From Bacteroidota bacterium (GTDB taxonomy: Bacteria > Bacteroidota > Ignavibacteria > Kapaibacteriales > UBA961), in contig OZ123195.1 of assembly GCA_964204605.1 (NCBI GenBank), positions 280,076 through 344,075 on the forward strand: a stretch of 64,000 nt of DNA, given 5' to 3'. A program made the position numbers and the translations under genes. Under the pieces are notes generated by a model. The model worked only from the letters and a program-made list of their open reading frames with translations, made no database searches and was not told the DNA's origin. Positions 51,733 to 62,323 of this stretch are shown piece after piece (position 1 is the stretch's first letter; the number at the start of each line of letters is the position of its first letter).

Positions 51733-53790
51733 TTATTCAGGTTTAAACTCTGAATCATTGATTTCAGTATTTATTTGATATGAAAAATCTTCCATTGTTA
51801 TAACAACAGGTCCTTGTTCAATAACTACTTTTGTAGGCATTTTAACACCACCAAAATCTTGATATCCAGAATAATACTGATTAACCTCTACTTTACCTTG
51901 TGGGCCAGCATCTTTAGTTCCAGAGATACTCTTTATCAAAAAAGTATTTGCATCAAAATACATGGTTTCCTTTTCGCCAGATGGATCGGTTGATTCTGCA
52001 ATAATAGAATTACCTTCTTGTCCTTTAAGCTCAATCTTATAGCCTAATTCAAGTAATCTAGCAGTTTTCATAATATGTGCATCTAGAATACGGCCTTGCT
52101 TCTTATCATCTGTAATTTCTTTGGATTGTCCATTCATTACAATCCATGCAGAAGTTCCATCTGTAATCATCGTTTGCTTAAACATTTGCATATCAACTGT
52201 AGAAATTTCTTTGCCTGGAGCCTTTTGTTTTCTTGTCATTGTTCCAGACATTTGTTGTCCACCCATATCAAATGCAGCTTTAGCATTAGCTATAACAGAA
52301 GTAATTGTGCTGATCTTATCTATTCCACCAAGTGCTTTCTTATGATTTTCCATTAATTGTTCAGCAGTCAATGAAACTTTTTTGGATTCCTCTTTTTTAA
52401 GCTCTAAATCTGAAGTATATTCATACACTGTTCCAAATTGACGAAGCTTTTCGAGGATATCAGGGCTTCCTACAACTATCACAGATGTTTTACTGATATG
52501 CTTTGCAACAGCATTCATCACTTGATTTGCATTGATTGCAGAGAATCTTTCGGGGAATTCTTTTACTTTGCTAATTGGTTGATTATTATAATCTGAAATC
52601 AATAATAGATTTGCTAAATAATCTGAATTTTCAAAATTCATTTTATGTTGTCCGACAACATATCTTTTTATTAATTCAATTTCTTCTAGTTTACTTGGTT
52701 CTGTTGATAATTTGCGCATTTCATTTTGCATTACAGTAATTGCAGAATCAGTTACCGGATTGCGAACATCAGCACCACATGTAAATCGATTTGCTTCTTT
52801 TGCAGAACTTATCATTGCATATGGTGTATAAGTATAAGAATATGTTTCTCTCAGTGTTTTAAAAAGCCTGCCTGCAAATCCAGCACCCATAATATTTGAT
52901 GCTAAACGTAATGGTTCATAATCTGGATGGCTTTGTGCTACAGCTGCAGAAGTTAAAGCGGTTGCAGATTGTACTGATCCTGGCCTTGCAATAAAATACA
53001 CTCCTTGAGGCATCGGTTTAGCTTTTGGAATTTCAATTGCATTTACATCACCGGATTTCCAATCTGATAATACTTTTTCTAGCATTGACTTGATTTCAGC
53101 AGGTTTTACATCACCAACTACTGCCATTGTTGCATTATTTGGACGGAAATACAGAGAATAAAATTCTTTTATGGCTTCAAGATTGATGGCTTTATACGTT
53201 GCTTCTGTTTTATATCGAGCACTTGGATGATCTTGTCCATAACTTACTTTTCTTGCCAAGGCTTGAAGTAGTGTAGCTGGACGAGCTTTTTCTAATTTAA
53301 CTTCTGATAATTTTTGTGTCTTTACTTTTTCAAATTCATCTTGAGGAAAAAGTGGGTTTTTGATAATATCTGAATAAATGCCTAATACAGTTGGCAAATG
53401 TTTTATGATACATTCGGCATTGATATAGGTTAAATCTCCCATACTAGAGGCAGTTATGCTAGCACCAATTCCGTCAAGATCTTGAGCAATAGTTAATGCA
53501 TCTCTTTTTCCAGCTCCTTTAGTAAACATATCTGAAGTTAGTGATGCAGTTCCAGCAATTTTTTCGGAGATTTCGCCACCTTTTATCTGAAGGCGCATTG
53601 TAACTGTTGGTTGTTCATGATCTTCGATAACATATACTTTTAAACCATTTGATAAATAGATTTCAGAATATGTAGGGAACACAAATGCTTTTGCTGGTAA
53701 TGGGTCGGGTTTAGACCCAAGTTGTATTCCTTGAGCATATATATTTATGCTTGCAAAGAATAATGTACATATAATTGAAAGGGTTTTCAT
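51733..53790 (-). CDS. Secreted M16-family (insulinase/pitrilysin-like) peptidase subunit lacking the HxxEH motif, with C-terminal extension
   Basis: Signal peptide and M16 fold blocks, but no HxxEH zinc motif. Downstream partner of the active M16 gene. 685 aa. Confidence 0.6.
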   Translation of the reverse strand: MKTLSIICTLFFASINIYAQGIQLGSKPDPLPAKAFVFPTYSEIYLSNGLKVYVIEDHEQPTVTMRLQIKGGEISEKIAGTASLTSDMFTKGAGKRDALTIAQDLDGIGASITASSMGDLTYINAECIIKHLPTVLGIYSDIIKNPLFPQDEFEKVKTQKLSEVKLEKARPATLLQALARKVSYGQDHPSARYKTEATYKAINLEAIKEFYSLYFRPNNATMAVVGDVKPAEIKSMLEKVLSDWKSGDVNAIEIPKAKPMPQGVYFIARPGSVQSATALTSAAVAQSHPDYEPLRLASNIMGAGFAGRLFKTLRETYSYTYTPYAMISSAKEANRFTCGADVRNPVTDSAITVMQNEMRKLSTEPSKLEEIELIKRYVVGQHKMNFENSDYLANLLLISDYNNQPISKVKEFPERFSAINANQVMNAVAKHISKTSVIVVGSPDILEKLRQFGTVYEYTSDLELKKEESKKVSLTAEQLMENHKKALGGIDKISTITSVIANAKAAFDMGGQQMSGTMTRKQKAPGKEISTVDMQMFKQTMITDGTSAWIVMNGQSKEITDDKKQGRILDAHIMKTARLLELGYKIELKGQEGNSIIAESTDPSGEKETMYFDANTFLIKSISGTKDAGPQGKVEVNQYYSGYQDFGGVKMPTKVVIEQGPVVITMEDFSYQINTEINDSEFKPE

Positions 53791-53822
53791 AGTTACTATT
53801 GAATTGTTCTAAAATGTAGTGA

Positions 53823-55196
53823 TTACTTAGTTTGCTTTGGCATATATGTCAAAATTGCTCTTTGATTCTGATTAAGATACTTTTGAGCTACACGCTTTAG
53901 ATCATCTTTGGTAATTGACATAAAATCTTTGATCTCGGTGTTTATCATACTTGCTTTACCAAAATACGTATGATACTTGGCTAATGATCTAGCTTTCTCT
54001 AGGGCATTTTTCTTACCTTCGATAAATCGTACCTCGGCAATATTTTTTGCTTTGATAAATTCAGCATCGGTAACACCGTCTTTAATCACTTTTTCCACTT
54101 CTTCATCTACAGCTTTCTTGACATCATCAACTGATTTACCAGGAGCAACTATACCAACTAAATAGATCATTCCTGCATTCTGAAGGCTTTGAAATCCACC
54201 ACTTGCCTGAACTGCTATTTGATCTTTATCTACTAGCCTTTGATATAATCGTGAACTTTCGCCAGCATTTACAATGTCCATCAACATCGATAAAGCATAA
54301 GCATCTTTTTCACCAATTTTAGCGCCTCTATAGCCAATAAAAATACCAGGTAATTGAGCTTTATTATCTTCAACTGTTTCTGTATACAATTTTGCCGGTG
54401 AATCTTTTAAAGCTACATTAGAACGTACTGGTTGATTTCCCTTAGGAAGTTTACCAAAATATTCTTGAACAAATCCTTTTACTTGTTTAGCTTCAATATC
54501 ACCCGAAATAACCAAGGTTGCATTATTTGGCTGATAAAAATTATTATAGAATTGTTTGAATTCATCGATAGTAGCAATATCAATATGTTGAGCCGAGCCA
54601 ATTGGTGTCCAACTATACATTCCGCTTGAAAACAAGTTTTTAAACATGAGTTCAAACCAATTTCCATAAGGGCTATTATCATATCTGCCTTTTCTTTCTT
54701 CTTTTACAACTCCTCTTTGTGTCTCAACTCCTATCGTGTCAACATGAAGAGTTCTCATTCTAGATGCTTCAATCCATAGTGGTAATCGAATCTCATTAGA
54801 TGGAACTTCAAAATGATAGACTGTTTCATCGAATGAGGTATAAGCATTAAGCTCTCCACCTGCGCTTTGAATATATTTATCCAAAGAGGCTCTTTGATAA
54901 GAATCTGTTGCTTCAAACATTAAATGTTCAAAAAAGTGAGCAAATCCAGTTCTGGCTGGATCTTCGTCGCGGGCTCCAACTCTGTAATGTACCACTACAG
55001 CTACATTAGGCGCAGATTGATCTTTATGTAAGATTACATGCAAACCATTTGGTAAATCATATTCTTCAAACTTGATTGGATTTATCTGAGCTTTAGCATT
55101 AAATCCGCTTAAAAGCATTATTGAAATACATAATGCTGATTGTAGAAAAGCAATTGCTTTTATCATACTTTTTATAAAATTGTGAAAAAAATACAT
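53823..55196 (-). CDS. Secreted M16-family zinc peptidase (active subunit)
   Basis: Signal peptide. Inverted zinc motif HFFEHLMFE (HxxEH) and a downstream glutamate region. Confidence 0.75.
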   Translation of the reverse strand: MYFFHNFIKSMIKAIAFLQSALCISIMLLSGFNAKAQINPIKFEEYDLPNGLHVILHKDQSAPNVAVVVHYRVGARDEDPARTGFAHFFEHLMFEATDSYQRASLDKYIQSAGGELNAYTSFDETVYHFEVPSNEIRLPLWIEASRMRTLHVDTIGVETQRGVVKEERKGRYDNSPYGNWFELMFKNLFSSGMYSWTPIGSAQHIDIATIDEFKQFYNNFYQPNNATLVISGDIEAKQVKGFVQEYFGKLPKGNQPVRSNVALKDSPAKLYTETVEDNKAQLPGIFIGYRGAKIGEKDAYALSMLMDIVNAGESSRLYQRLVDKDQIAVQASGGFQSLQNAGMIYLVGIVAPGKSVDDVKKAVDEEVEKVIKDGVTDAEFIKAKNIAEVRFIEGKKNALEKARSLAKYHTYFGKASMINTEIKDFMSITKDDLKRVAQKYLNQNQRAILTYMPKQTK

Positions 55197-55451
55197 TCAA
55201 TTAGACATCTTGCCATAGCCTTTGTATTTATCATACTTTGCGCTATAGATTACTATATTCATAGAACTATCTCTTAGGGTGCCACCAGATGGAGATAAAT
55301 AAAAGTCTTCAATGTGTTCAGTTTTATGTTTTGATGGAATACCAGGAGCTTCGATATAAAAACGTACTTTGTGATAGCCAAGTTCTAATAAAGAATCAGC
55401 AACCTGTTGCATCAAATGATCATGAGAAAAAATAAATAAATCGTCATCCAT
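55197..55451 (-). CDS. Hypothetical 84-aa soluble protein translationally coupled to the M16 peptidase gene
   Basis: Its TGA stop (55197-55199) directly abuts the ATG (55194-55196) of the M16 gene. No signal peptide, no Cys, acidic N-terminus MDDDLFIF. Confidence 0.35.
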   Translation of the reverse strand: MDDDLFIFSHDHLMQQVADSLLELGYHKVRFYIEAPGIPSKHKTEHIEDFYLSPSGGTLRDSSMNIVIYSAKYDKYKGYGKMSN

Positions 55452-55590
55452 AATGTATCATCTTTGTATGAAAATCAATGTGATAGGTATCATTATATGC
55501 TATGTTCTTACAAGTAGATTGATATACTTAATAAAAAAGCAAGCCACATATTTCATGTGAACTTGCTTTAACATATTTCAAAAACATTTT

Positions 55591-56088
55591 TTATTTGTAC
55601 TGACGTAAAAATTCTAATCTATCTTGAAGTTGAGCAATTGGTATTAGTAACTTATCTTTTCCTAAAATAGCTTCTTCTTGACTTGTAAAAACTAATTCAT
55701 AATCTTTACTCATAATGATTGCTTCTTCCGGACACACTTCCTCGCAAAAGCCACAATAGATACATCGTAACATATTGATTTCAAATTTTACTGGATAACG
55801 TTCTTTAACGTTATCTGTTTCTCCAGCCTGAACTTCAATAGCAAGGGCTGGGCAAACCCTAGAACATAAACCACATGCTACACAACGTTCTCCATCTTCT
55901 TCTAATACCAAAACCGGGCGTCCACGATAAGAGCCTGTTGGTATCCACCGCTCTTCAGGGTATTGTCTGGTAAATGTTGGTTCAAACATCTGTTTGAATG
56001 TTAAAGAAAGACCTCTTGCTATTTCAGGAAGATAAATTTTTTCCCAGAATGACATTCTTTCTAATTCGGTGTTCTTCTTTATATTCAT
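55591..56088 (-). CDS. nuoI: NADH-quinone oxidoreductase subunit I (2x[4Fe-4S])
   Basis: [12 protein letters not shown] and [12 protein letters not shown]. NuoI-typical N-terminus with YPEE. Confidence 0.85.
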   Translation of the reverse strand: MNIKKNTELERMSFWEKIYLPEIARGLSLTFKQMFEPTFTRQYPEERWIPTGSYRGRPVLVLEEDGERCVACGLCSRVCPALAIEVQAGETDNVKERYPVKFEINMLRCIYCGFCEEVCPEEAIIMSKDYELVFTSQEEAILGKDKLLIPIAQLQDRLEFLRQYK

Positions 56089-56127
56089 GTATTATTCTCT
56101 AAAAATCTGCTTTGTATACTCTGTTAA

Positions 56128-57189
56128 TTACAATATGCCAAAATATTGAAGAATCGTCATTACGATTCCTGTTAAAAGAATATTCGCTAATGCAAGTGGA
56201 AGCATTACTTTCCATCCTAAATCCATTAATTGATCATAGCGGAAACGTGGTAATGACCAACGTACCCAAATAAAGAAAAAGAGTAATGGAATTAATTTAC
56301 CAAAAAATACTCCAAACTGAATAAGTGCTAATAATGGATTTCCTTGTGATATTCCAGCCTTAGCTAAATTTTCATATAAAAATGGAATATCCCAACCTCC
56401 TAGATAAATAACAGTTACCATACATGATGCTGTAAGCATATTGATATATTCTGCTAAATAGAATAATCCAAACTTCATTCCACTATATTCTGTATGATAT
56501 CCACCAACTAATTCTGGTTCGGCTTCAGGTAAATCAAATGGGGCTCTATTAGTTTCTGCAAATGCAGCTACTAAAAAGATAATAAAACCTATAGGTTGGA
56601 AAAATAAATTCCATTTTCCACCGCTTTGAGACTTAACAATTTCTAATAAATCTAAAGACCCAGATATCATTAATGCACCAATTAAAGCAAGGCCCATTGA
56701 TAATTCATATGAAATCATTTGGGCAGCAGATCTTAATCCACCTAATAGCGAATATTTATTATTAGAAGACCATCCAGCTAATGTTATTCCATATACTCCA
56801 ACAGATGACATAGCCAATAAATAGAGTAGTCCAATACTAATGCCAGGAGCAACTGCCATAAGATTAACTCCATCTACATAATATTCTCCAAATGGTATAA
56901 CTGCATAAGTAGCCATAGAAATACCAATTGAAATTACTGGTGCAATCATATGATATTTTTTGTCTACTAATGCTGGAACAATATCCTCTTTCGTATACAG
57001 TTTAAAAACATCAGCAAATGATTGAAATAATCCTAATGGTCCAACTCTATTAGGGCCAACTCTGCTTTGCATCCAAGCTGAAATCTTACGTTCAAAATAC
57101 ACCAAATAAGCAGCAATTATTAATAGTACATTAACTACTAAAAATAATTTTACTCCCAATATTAGGGCGCCGGCAGGAATCGCATCCAT
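56128..57189 (-). CDS. nuoH: NADH-quinone oxidoreductase subunit H
   Basis: 353 aa polytopic membrane protein. Motifs VGPNRVGPLGLFQSFADVFKL and RAPFDLPEAEPELVGGYHTEYSGMKF. Confidence 0.88.
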   Translation of the reverse strand: MDAIPAGALILGVKLFLVVNVLLIIAAYLVYFERKISAWMQSRVGPNRVGPLGLFQSFADVFKLYTKEDIVPALVDKKYHMIAPVISIGISMATYAVIPFGEYYVDGVNLMAVAPGISIGLLYLLAMSSVGVYGITLAGWSSNNKYSLLGGLRSAAQMISYELSMGLALIGALMISGSLDLLEIVKSQSGGKWNLFFQPIGFIIFLVAAFAETNRAPFDLPEAEPELVGGYHTEYSGMKFGLFYLAEYINMLTASCMVTVIYLGGWDIPFLYENLAKAGISQGNPLLALIQFGVFFGKLIPLLFFFIWVRWSLPRFRYDQLMDLGWKVMLPLALANILLTGIVMTILQYFGIL

Positions 57190-57221
57190 CTATTACCTGT
57201 ATTCAATTAGCTGTTAAATAA

Positions 57222-58985
57222 TTATATCTGTGGTTTTAAAAGATGTGACTCATATACCACTTTTTTGGATTCAGGTTTTTTTGCATTACCTAATAACAAT
57301 CCTTGATATTCTTCTAATAATACATAGGACATACCATGAAACAATGTATATGTTGATACAACTGATTCAAATACATCTTCTGCGGAAGTATAATTCCAAT
57401 GTTGTCCATATTGTAATGCTATTGCTGATAATATGTTCCAAACTGGACGTGAATTCCTTTTTTCACCTTGAGACCAACGGTCATTATATGCACCTAATTT
57501 GTCCCATCGGCTCATCTTTAAGCCCATGAATCGTTCATTCTCTTTGGTTGCAATTGCAGGCTCTATTAATTGAACTCGATGTGCTTCATTAGTAAATGTA
57601 CCATAAACCTCTGCATATGTAGAAGATGGTAATACGATTGATGCAATCTTATTTGTTTCATTATCATTAGATGCTAGAAAAATTATATGCTCAACATTAT
57701 CTAAAACACTCGAAAATGATGGATGAGAAGCAATGTTTTCTCCAATTGTAATGATCACTTTAATAGAATGTTTAGCTATTTTCTGGGCAATGATTTCAGC
57801 CTGTGATTCATGTTGATCGGTAAATAATCCAAGTGCAATAGCTCCATTATGATTAGGAGTTCTATCTGTCATCTTTAACATTTCATCAGAAAACGCTGGG
57901 TCACGATGTTCTAAGAAATCTATATGTGTCGTCTTTACTATTTCTTTAGCAAATCGAATGGTTGCATATATATCTTCATTTGTTCCATAAGCCGAACCAA
58001 TGATCATAATCTGAGAAGAATTATACGCTTGTAGTACTTCATGTACTGCTATAAGTGCAGATTCCCAATCAGTATGTTTCCCCTTGATATGTGGCTCTGA
58101 AATTCTATTGTCATTCACAAAAGAATATTGTTCAAGTCTACCAGCATCACACATCCAATATTCATTTACATGCATATTTGTGCGTGGCTCTATTCTTAAA
58201 ATCTCATTATTACGGACACCAAGTTTAGTATTACATCCACGTGAGCAACCTGGGCAAATAGAATTTGTGAAACTCATTTCCCAAACTCTGGCATTAAATC
58301 GGAAATCCATACTTGTAAGAGCGCCAACAGGGCATATATCAATTACATTCATGGAATATGGACTGTCAAACTCCATCCCAGGAAATGTTTGAATTGTTAC
58401 ATGGTCTCCACGTTGTACAAAAGTTAATGCTGGTTGCTTTGCAATTTCATCGGCAAAACGTATACATCTTGAACAAGATATACAACGCTCTGCATCAAAT
58501 AATACACGCGGCCCAAGCTTTACTCTTTTATCTTTGTGATTTTTTTGTTCTATAAATCTGCTTTTGCCATTAGAATGATTGAAAGCATATTCCTGCAATT
58601 TACATTGGCCAGCTTCATCACAAATAGGACAATCTAAAGGGTGATTTATAAGCAAAAATTCCATAATAGCATGCTGAGCATGTTCAGTTCTTTGTCCTTG
58701 TGTGTCTATAATCATACCATCGGCTACAGGAGTTGCGCAACCTATAGACAATTTAGGACCCCACATAACAATAACATTGCCAGATTCATCAAATTCAGGA
58801 GCACCATCTGCTCCTTTTTTTGGGAATCCAACATTTACCAAACACATACGGCAATTACCAGATACGCTTAAGCCTGGATGCCAACAAAAATGTGGAAGTG
58901 TCTTTTCAATTTCCATTGCAGCTTCAATGATAGTAGAACCTGCTGCAGCTTCAACTCTTTGTCCGTCAATTATTATCTGAGGCAT
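57222..58985 (-). CDS. nuoG: NADH-quinone oxidoreductase subunit G (75-kDa-type Fe-S subunit)
   Basis: N-terminal 2Fe-2S ferredoxin domain (IIIDGQRVEAAAGSTIIEAA...FCWHPGLSVSGNCRMCLV), a His-ligated 4Fe-4S motif (HPLDCPICDEAGQCKLQ), and a CxxCxxC...C cluster. Confidence 0.8.
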   Translation of the reverse strand: MPQIIIDGQRVEAAAGSTIIEAAMEIEKTLPHFCWHPGLSVSGNCRMCLVNVGFPKKGADGAPEFDESGNVIVMWGPKLSIGCATPVADGMIIDTQGQRTEHAQHAIMEFLLINHPLDCPICDEAGQCKLQEYAFNHSNGKSRFIEQKNHKDKRVKLGPRVLFDAERCISCSRCIRFADEIAKQPALTFVQRGDHVTIQTFPGMEFDSPYSMNVIDICPVGALTSMDFRFNARVWEMSFTNSICPGCSRGCNTKLGVRNNEILRIEPRTNMHVNEYWMCDAGRLEQYSFVNDNRISEPHIKGKHTDWESALIAVHEVLQAYNSSQIMIIGSAYGTNEDIYATIRFAKEIVKTTHIDFLEHRDPAFSDEMLKMTDRTPNHNGAIALGLFTDQHESQAEIIAQKIAKHSIKVIITIGENIASHPSFSSVLDNVEHIIFLASNDNETNKIASIVLPSSTYAEVYGTFTNEAHRVQLIEPAIATKENERFMGLKMSRWDKLGAYNDRWSQGEKRNSRPVWNILSAIALQYGQHWNYTSAEDVFESVVSTYTLFHGMSYVLLEEYQGLLLGNAKKPESKKVVYESHLLKPQI

Positions 58986-59446
58986 AGAAATATGCTCCGG
59001 TGAACATTTTCATCTTGAAAAGGATTCGATTTCAATAACTTATTGAAAAAGGTGGAGATAGCAATTATACTCATCAGAAATCATCTAAATTTCTATTACT
59101 TAGCTTCACGGATACGCAAAATACAAACTTTTGAGAATGTGATAAAAGGGAATTATTGAGAAGTGTCAATTCTTTTTTAAAATCTATACAGTTTACTGAT
59201 AGATTTCTTGAAAATATATCTGTTTTTACATCAAAATCTGTTGTCATATTCTAATCGTGTACTCATTGTGCTCAGTATCTGTTTTCTTCATCCAATACAA
59301 TTTCCAATCATAATTACTTCATTATTCAAATAATTCGCTTTTTTTTCGTTGATTTGTGAAAGAATTAGTCTTAAAGTAGGCTATTTGTTGATTATGAACA
59401 CAGTCAATACACTTTTATAAGTACTATATAAATCAATTGGATACAT

Positions 59447-60796
59447 ATGTCTCGCTATCATTCTTATAAGACAATCGAACAATTACCAGACTTAATTGGG
59501 CAAGAAGTTACCTTAAATGGTTGGGTTTCTGATAAAACTGATAAAGGCAAATTATGTTTTATCAAATTGCGTGATGGATCGGGCATTGTTCAATGTGTTG
59601 CATTTAGGCCTTCTATTGGTGATGAGTTATTTGAAAAAGCACATTCTTTAACCCAAGAAAGCTCTGTTTCTATAACGGGTACTGTTCGCTCGGAAAACCG
59701 CGCTCCAAGTGGTGTTGAATTAGATGTTACGAATATCAATATCTGGCAGATATCAAAAGATTATCCTATTTCACCTAAGGAACATGGCACTGAATTCCTC
59801 ATGGAGCATCGTCATCTTTGGTTGCGTAGCACTAGACAACATGCAATTATGCGGATTAGATCTTCTGTTGTTAAAGCAATTAGAGATTTTTTTGATGGTA
59901 ATGGATTTAGATTGATGGATTCGCCTATTTTAACTCCAAGTGCATGCGAGGGTACATCTACATTATTCGAGACTGAATATTTTGATTTGGGTACAGCTTA
60001 TTTATCTCAATCTGGTCAGCTTTATGCAGAAGCAAGTGCGATGGCATTAGGCAAGGTGTATACATTTGGCCCAACATTCCGAGCTGAAAAATCCAAAACA
60101 AGAAGACATCTTACAGAATTTTGGATGGTTGAACCCGAAATGGCCTATTTCGACTTAAATGATGATATGGATGTAGCCGAAGATTTGGTTGAATATATCG
60201 TCCAATATGTCTTGAAAACATGTCCTAAAGAACTAGCCGCAATGGGTAGAGATATATCTAAACTAGAAGCTGTACGCCGCCCTTTTTACAGAATGAGCTA
60301 TACTGAAGCTGTAGATTGGCTAAATAAAAACAATGTAAAATTGAATAAAAAACAAGCTGATGGTTCTGAAATACAGATAGATTTCCCTTGGGGTGATGAT
60401 TTTGGCGCTCCTCAAGAAGAAGCCATTATGCAACAATTTGATAAACCTTGTATTATCCATCGATATCCTACAGAAGTAAAAGCTTTTTACATGAAAAGAG
60501 ATCCGGATAATCAAAAAGTTGCTTTGGCTATGGATATGTTGGCTCCAGAAGGTGCAGGAGAAATTATTGGTGGTAGCCAAAGAGAAGATAATTATGAAGA
60601 ATTATTAGCTAGAATACAACATGAAAATCTTCCTGTAGATGCATTCCAATGGTTTTTGGATCTAAGAAAATATGGATCTGTACCTCATTCAGGTTTTGGC
60701 CTAGGTGTAGAAAGAACAGTAAAATGGATATCTGGTGCCGAGCATATTCGAGAAGTAATACCATTCCCAAGAATGATCTATAGAATTGTTCCTTAA
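59447..60796 (+). CDS. asnS: Asparagine--tRNA ligase
   Basis: 449 aa class IIb synthetase. IYTFGPTFRAEKSKTRRHLTEFWMVEPEMAY, EIIGGSQRE, and YGSVPHSGFGLGVERTVKWI...IPFPR match AsnRS. Too short to be bacterial AspRS. Confidence 0.85.
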   Translation: MSRYHSYKTIEQLPDLIGQEVTLNGWVSDKTDKGKLCFIKLRDGSGIVQCVAFRPSIGDELFEKAHSLTQESSVSITGTVRSENRAPSGVELDVTNINIWQISKDYPISPKEHGTEFLMEHRHLWLRSTRQHAIMRIRSSVVKAIRDFFDGNGFRLMDSPILTPSACEGTSTLFETEYFDLGTAYLSQSGQLYAEASAMALGKVYTFGPTFRAEKSKTRRHLTEFWMVEPEMAYFDLNDDMDVAEDLVEYIVQYVLKTCPKELAAMGRDISKLEAVRRPFYRMSYTEAVDWLNKNNVKLNKKQADGSEIQIDFPWGDDFGAPQEEAIMQQFDKPCIIHRYPTEVKAFYMKRDPDNQKVALAMDMLAPEGAGEIIGGSQREDNYEELLARIQHENLPVDAFQWFLDLRKYGSVPHSGFGLGVERTVKWISGAEHIREVIPFPRMIYRIVP

Positions 60797-60808
60797 TAAA
60801 CTACTTTA

Positions 60809-60836
60809 TAAGGCCGGTTTTACCGGCCTTATTTGT
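60809..60836 (+). terminator. Rho-independent terminator after asnS
   Basis: Stem AAGGCCGGT / ACCGGCCTT with a short loop, followed by ATTTG. Confidence 0.5.
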
Positions 60837-60848
60837 ACCTAATACTTT

Positions 60849-62303
60849 ATGAAATTATATAATACATTATCTAAAACTGTACAGCAGTTTACTCCCATAA
60901 ATCCTGGAGAAGTTCGCATATATTCTTGTGGCCCAACTGTTTACAATTATGCTCATATAGGTAATCATAGAGCTTTTTTGTTTGCAGATTTCTTGCATAG
61001 GGCAATGAGAATTATAGGTGGTTACTCTGTGAAATGGGTGATGAATATTACTGATATAGATGATAAAACTATTCGCGATAGCGCATTGAATAGTCCAGAA
61101 TGGAAAGCAGAATTTGGCAAGCAAACAAATGATCCAAAAGAAAATTTAAAAAAATTAACTTCTTTCTATGCTCAAGAATTTTTGCAAGATATTTCTGTTT
61201 TAGGTATTAAAAAAGAACACTTTTTTGCTATGCCTTATGCTACTGATTATATTCCTCAAATGCTTGATTTAATTGAGAATATATATAAGAATGGATATGC
61301 ATATATTTCTAATGGAAGTGTTTATTTTAATGTTGGACTTTGGGTTTCAAAAGAAAAATATGGAAAATTATTTGCCATTGATTTTGACAATATTATTAGT
61401 GGTTCTAGAATAGATAGTGATGAGTATGCCAAAGAGCAGGCAAGTGATTTTGTGCTATGGAAAGCCAAAAAAGATGATGAACCTTTTTGGGATTTTACTT
61501 TAGATAATCAATATCTTCCCGGTAGGCCTGGTTGGCATATAGAATGCTCGGCTATGGGAAATCATATTTTGGGTCTGCCTTTTGATATTCATACTGGTGC
61601 AGTAGATTTACGATTTCCTCATCATGAAGATGAAATTGCACAAAGCAAAGCTGGATATGGCGTAGATACATCTACATTCTTTTGCCACAATGAATTCTTA
61701 GAAGTAGAAGGCAAGAAAATGAGTAAGTCTTTGGGTAATTTTTATACTCTTAAAGACTTACTTCACAAAGGATTAGATCCATTGGATATACGATTTTCTT
61801 TGCTGAGTACCCATTATGCGTCTGTTCATAATTTTACTTTTTTTGGTATTGAGTCTTCAAAAAAAGCACGATTGAGAATTCAAGAATATATCCATGAATG
61901 CTTTGAATTATCTGGCAATGATTTTCATGAAATAGCTATTATTGATACATTTGAATCCGACTTAAAAGAATCTATTGCCGATGACTTACACACTCCAAAA
62001 GCAATTGAAATTGTATTCACTTTTATGAAATCTTATCCAGCTAATACATTAAGTAATGTGCAAAAAAATAATGTACTTACAATTTTTGATATGCTGAATC
62101 AATTATTTGATGTATGGAAAATATCACCCAAAGAAAAAGTTGAATTAGCAATTCCTGAATATGTTCTTGAAATAGGAAGACAACGCTGGGAAGCGAAAAA
62201 AAATCGTGAATTTCAAAAAGCTGATGAATTAAGAGATGTACTTTTGCAGAATGGATTTACGAGTAAAGATTCTAAAGATGGTTTTGAATTATTGCCTTTA
62301 TGA
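60849..62303 (+). CDS. cysS: Cysteine--tRNA ligase
   Basis: HIGH motif (YAHIGNHR), KMSKS motif (KMSKSLGN), Cys-binding SCGPTVY, and a C-terminal DALR-like domain. Confidence 0.9.
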   Translation: MKLYNTLSKTVQQFTPINPGEVRIYSCGPTVYNYAHIGNHRAFLFADFLHRAMRIIGGYSVKWVMNITDIDDKTIRDSALNSPEWKAEFGKQTNDPKENLKKLTSFYAQEFLQDISVLGIKKEHFFAMPYATDYIPQMLDLIENIYKNGYAYISNGSVYFNVGLWVSKEKYGKLFAIDFDNIISGSRIDSDEYAKEQASDFVLWKAKKDDEPFWDFTLDNQYLPGRPGWHIECSAMGNHILGLPFDIHTGAVDLRFPHHEDEIAQSKAGYGVDTSTFFCHNEFLEVEGKKMSKSLGNFYTLKDLLHKGLDPLDIRFSLLSTHYASVHNFTFFGIESSKKARLRIQEYIHECFELSGNDFHEIAIIDTFESDLKESIADDLHTPKAIEIVFTFMKSYPANTLSNVQKNNVLTIFDMLNQLFDVWKISPKEKVELAIPEYVLEIGRQRWEAKKNREFQKADELRDVLLQNGFTSKDSKDGFELLPL

Positions 62304-62323
62304 TTGAATATGTATAGAGTGAT

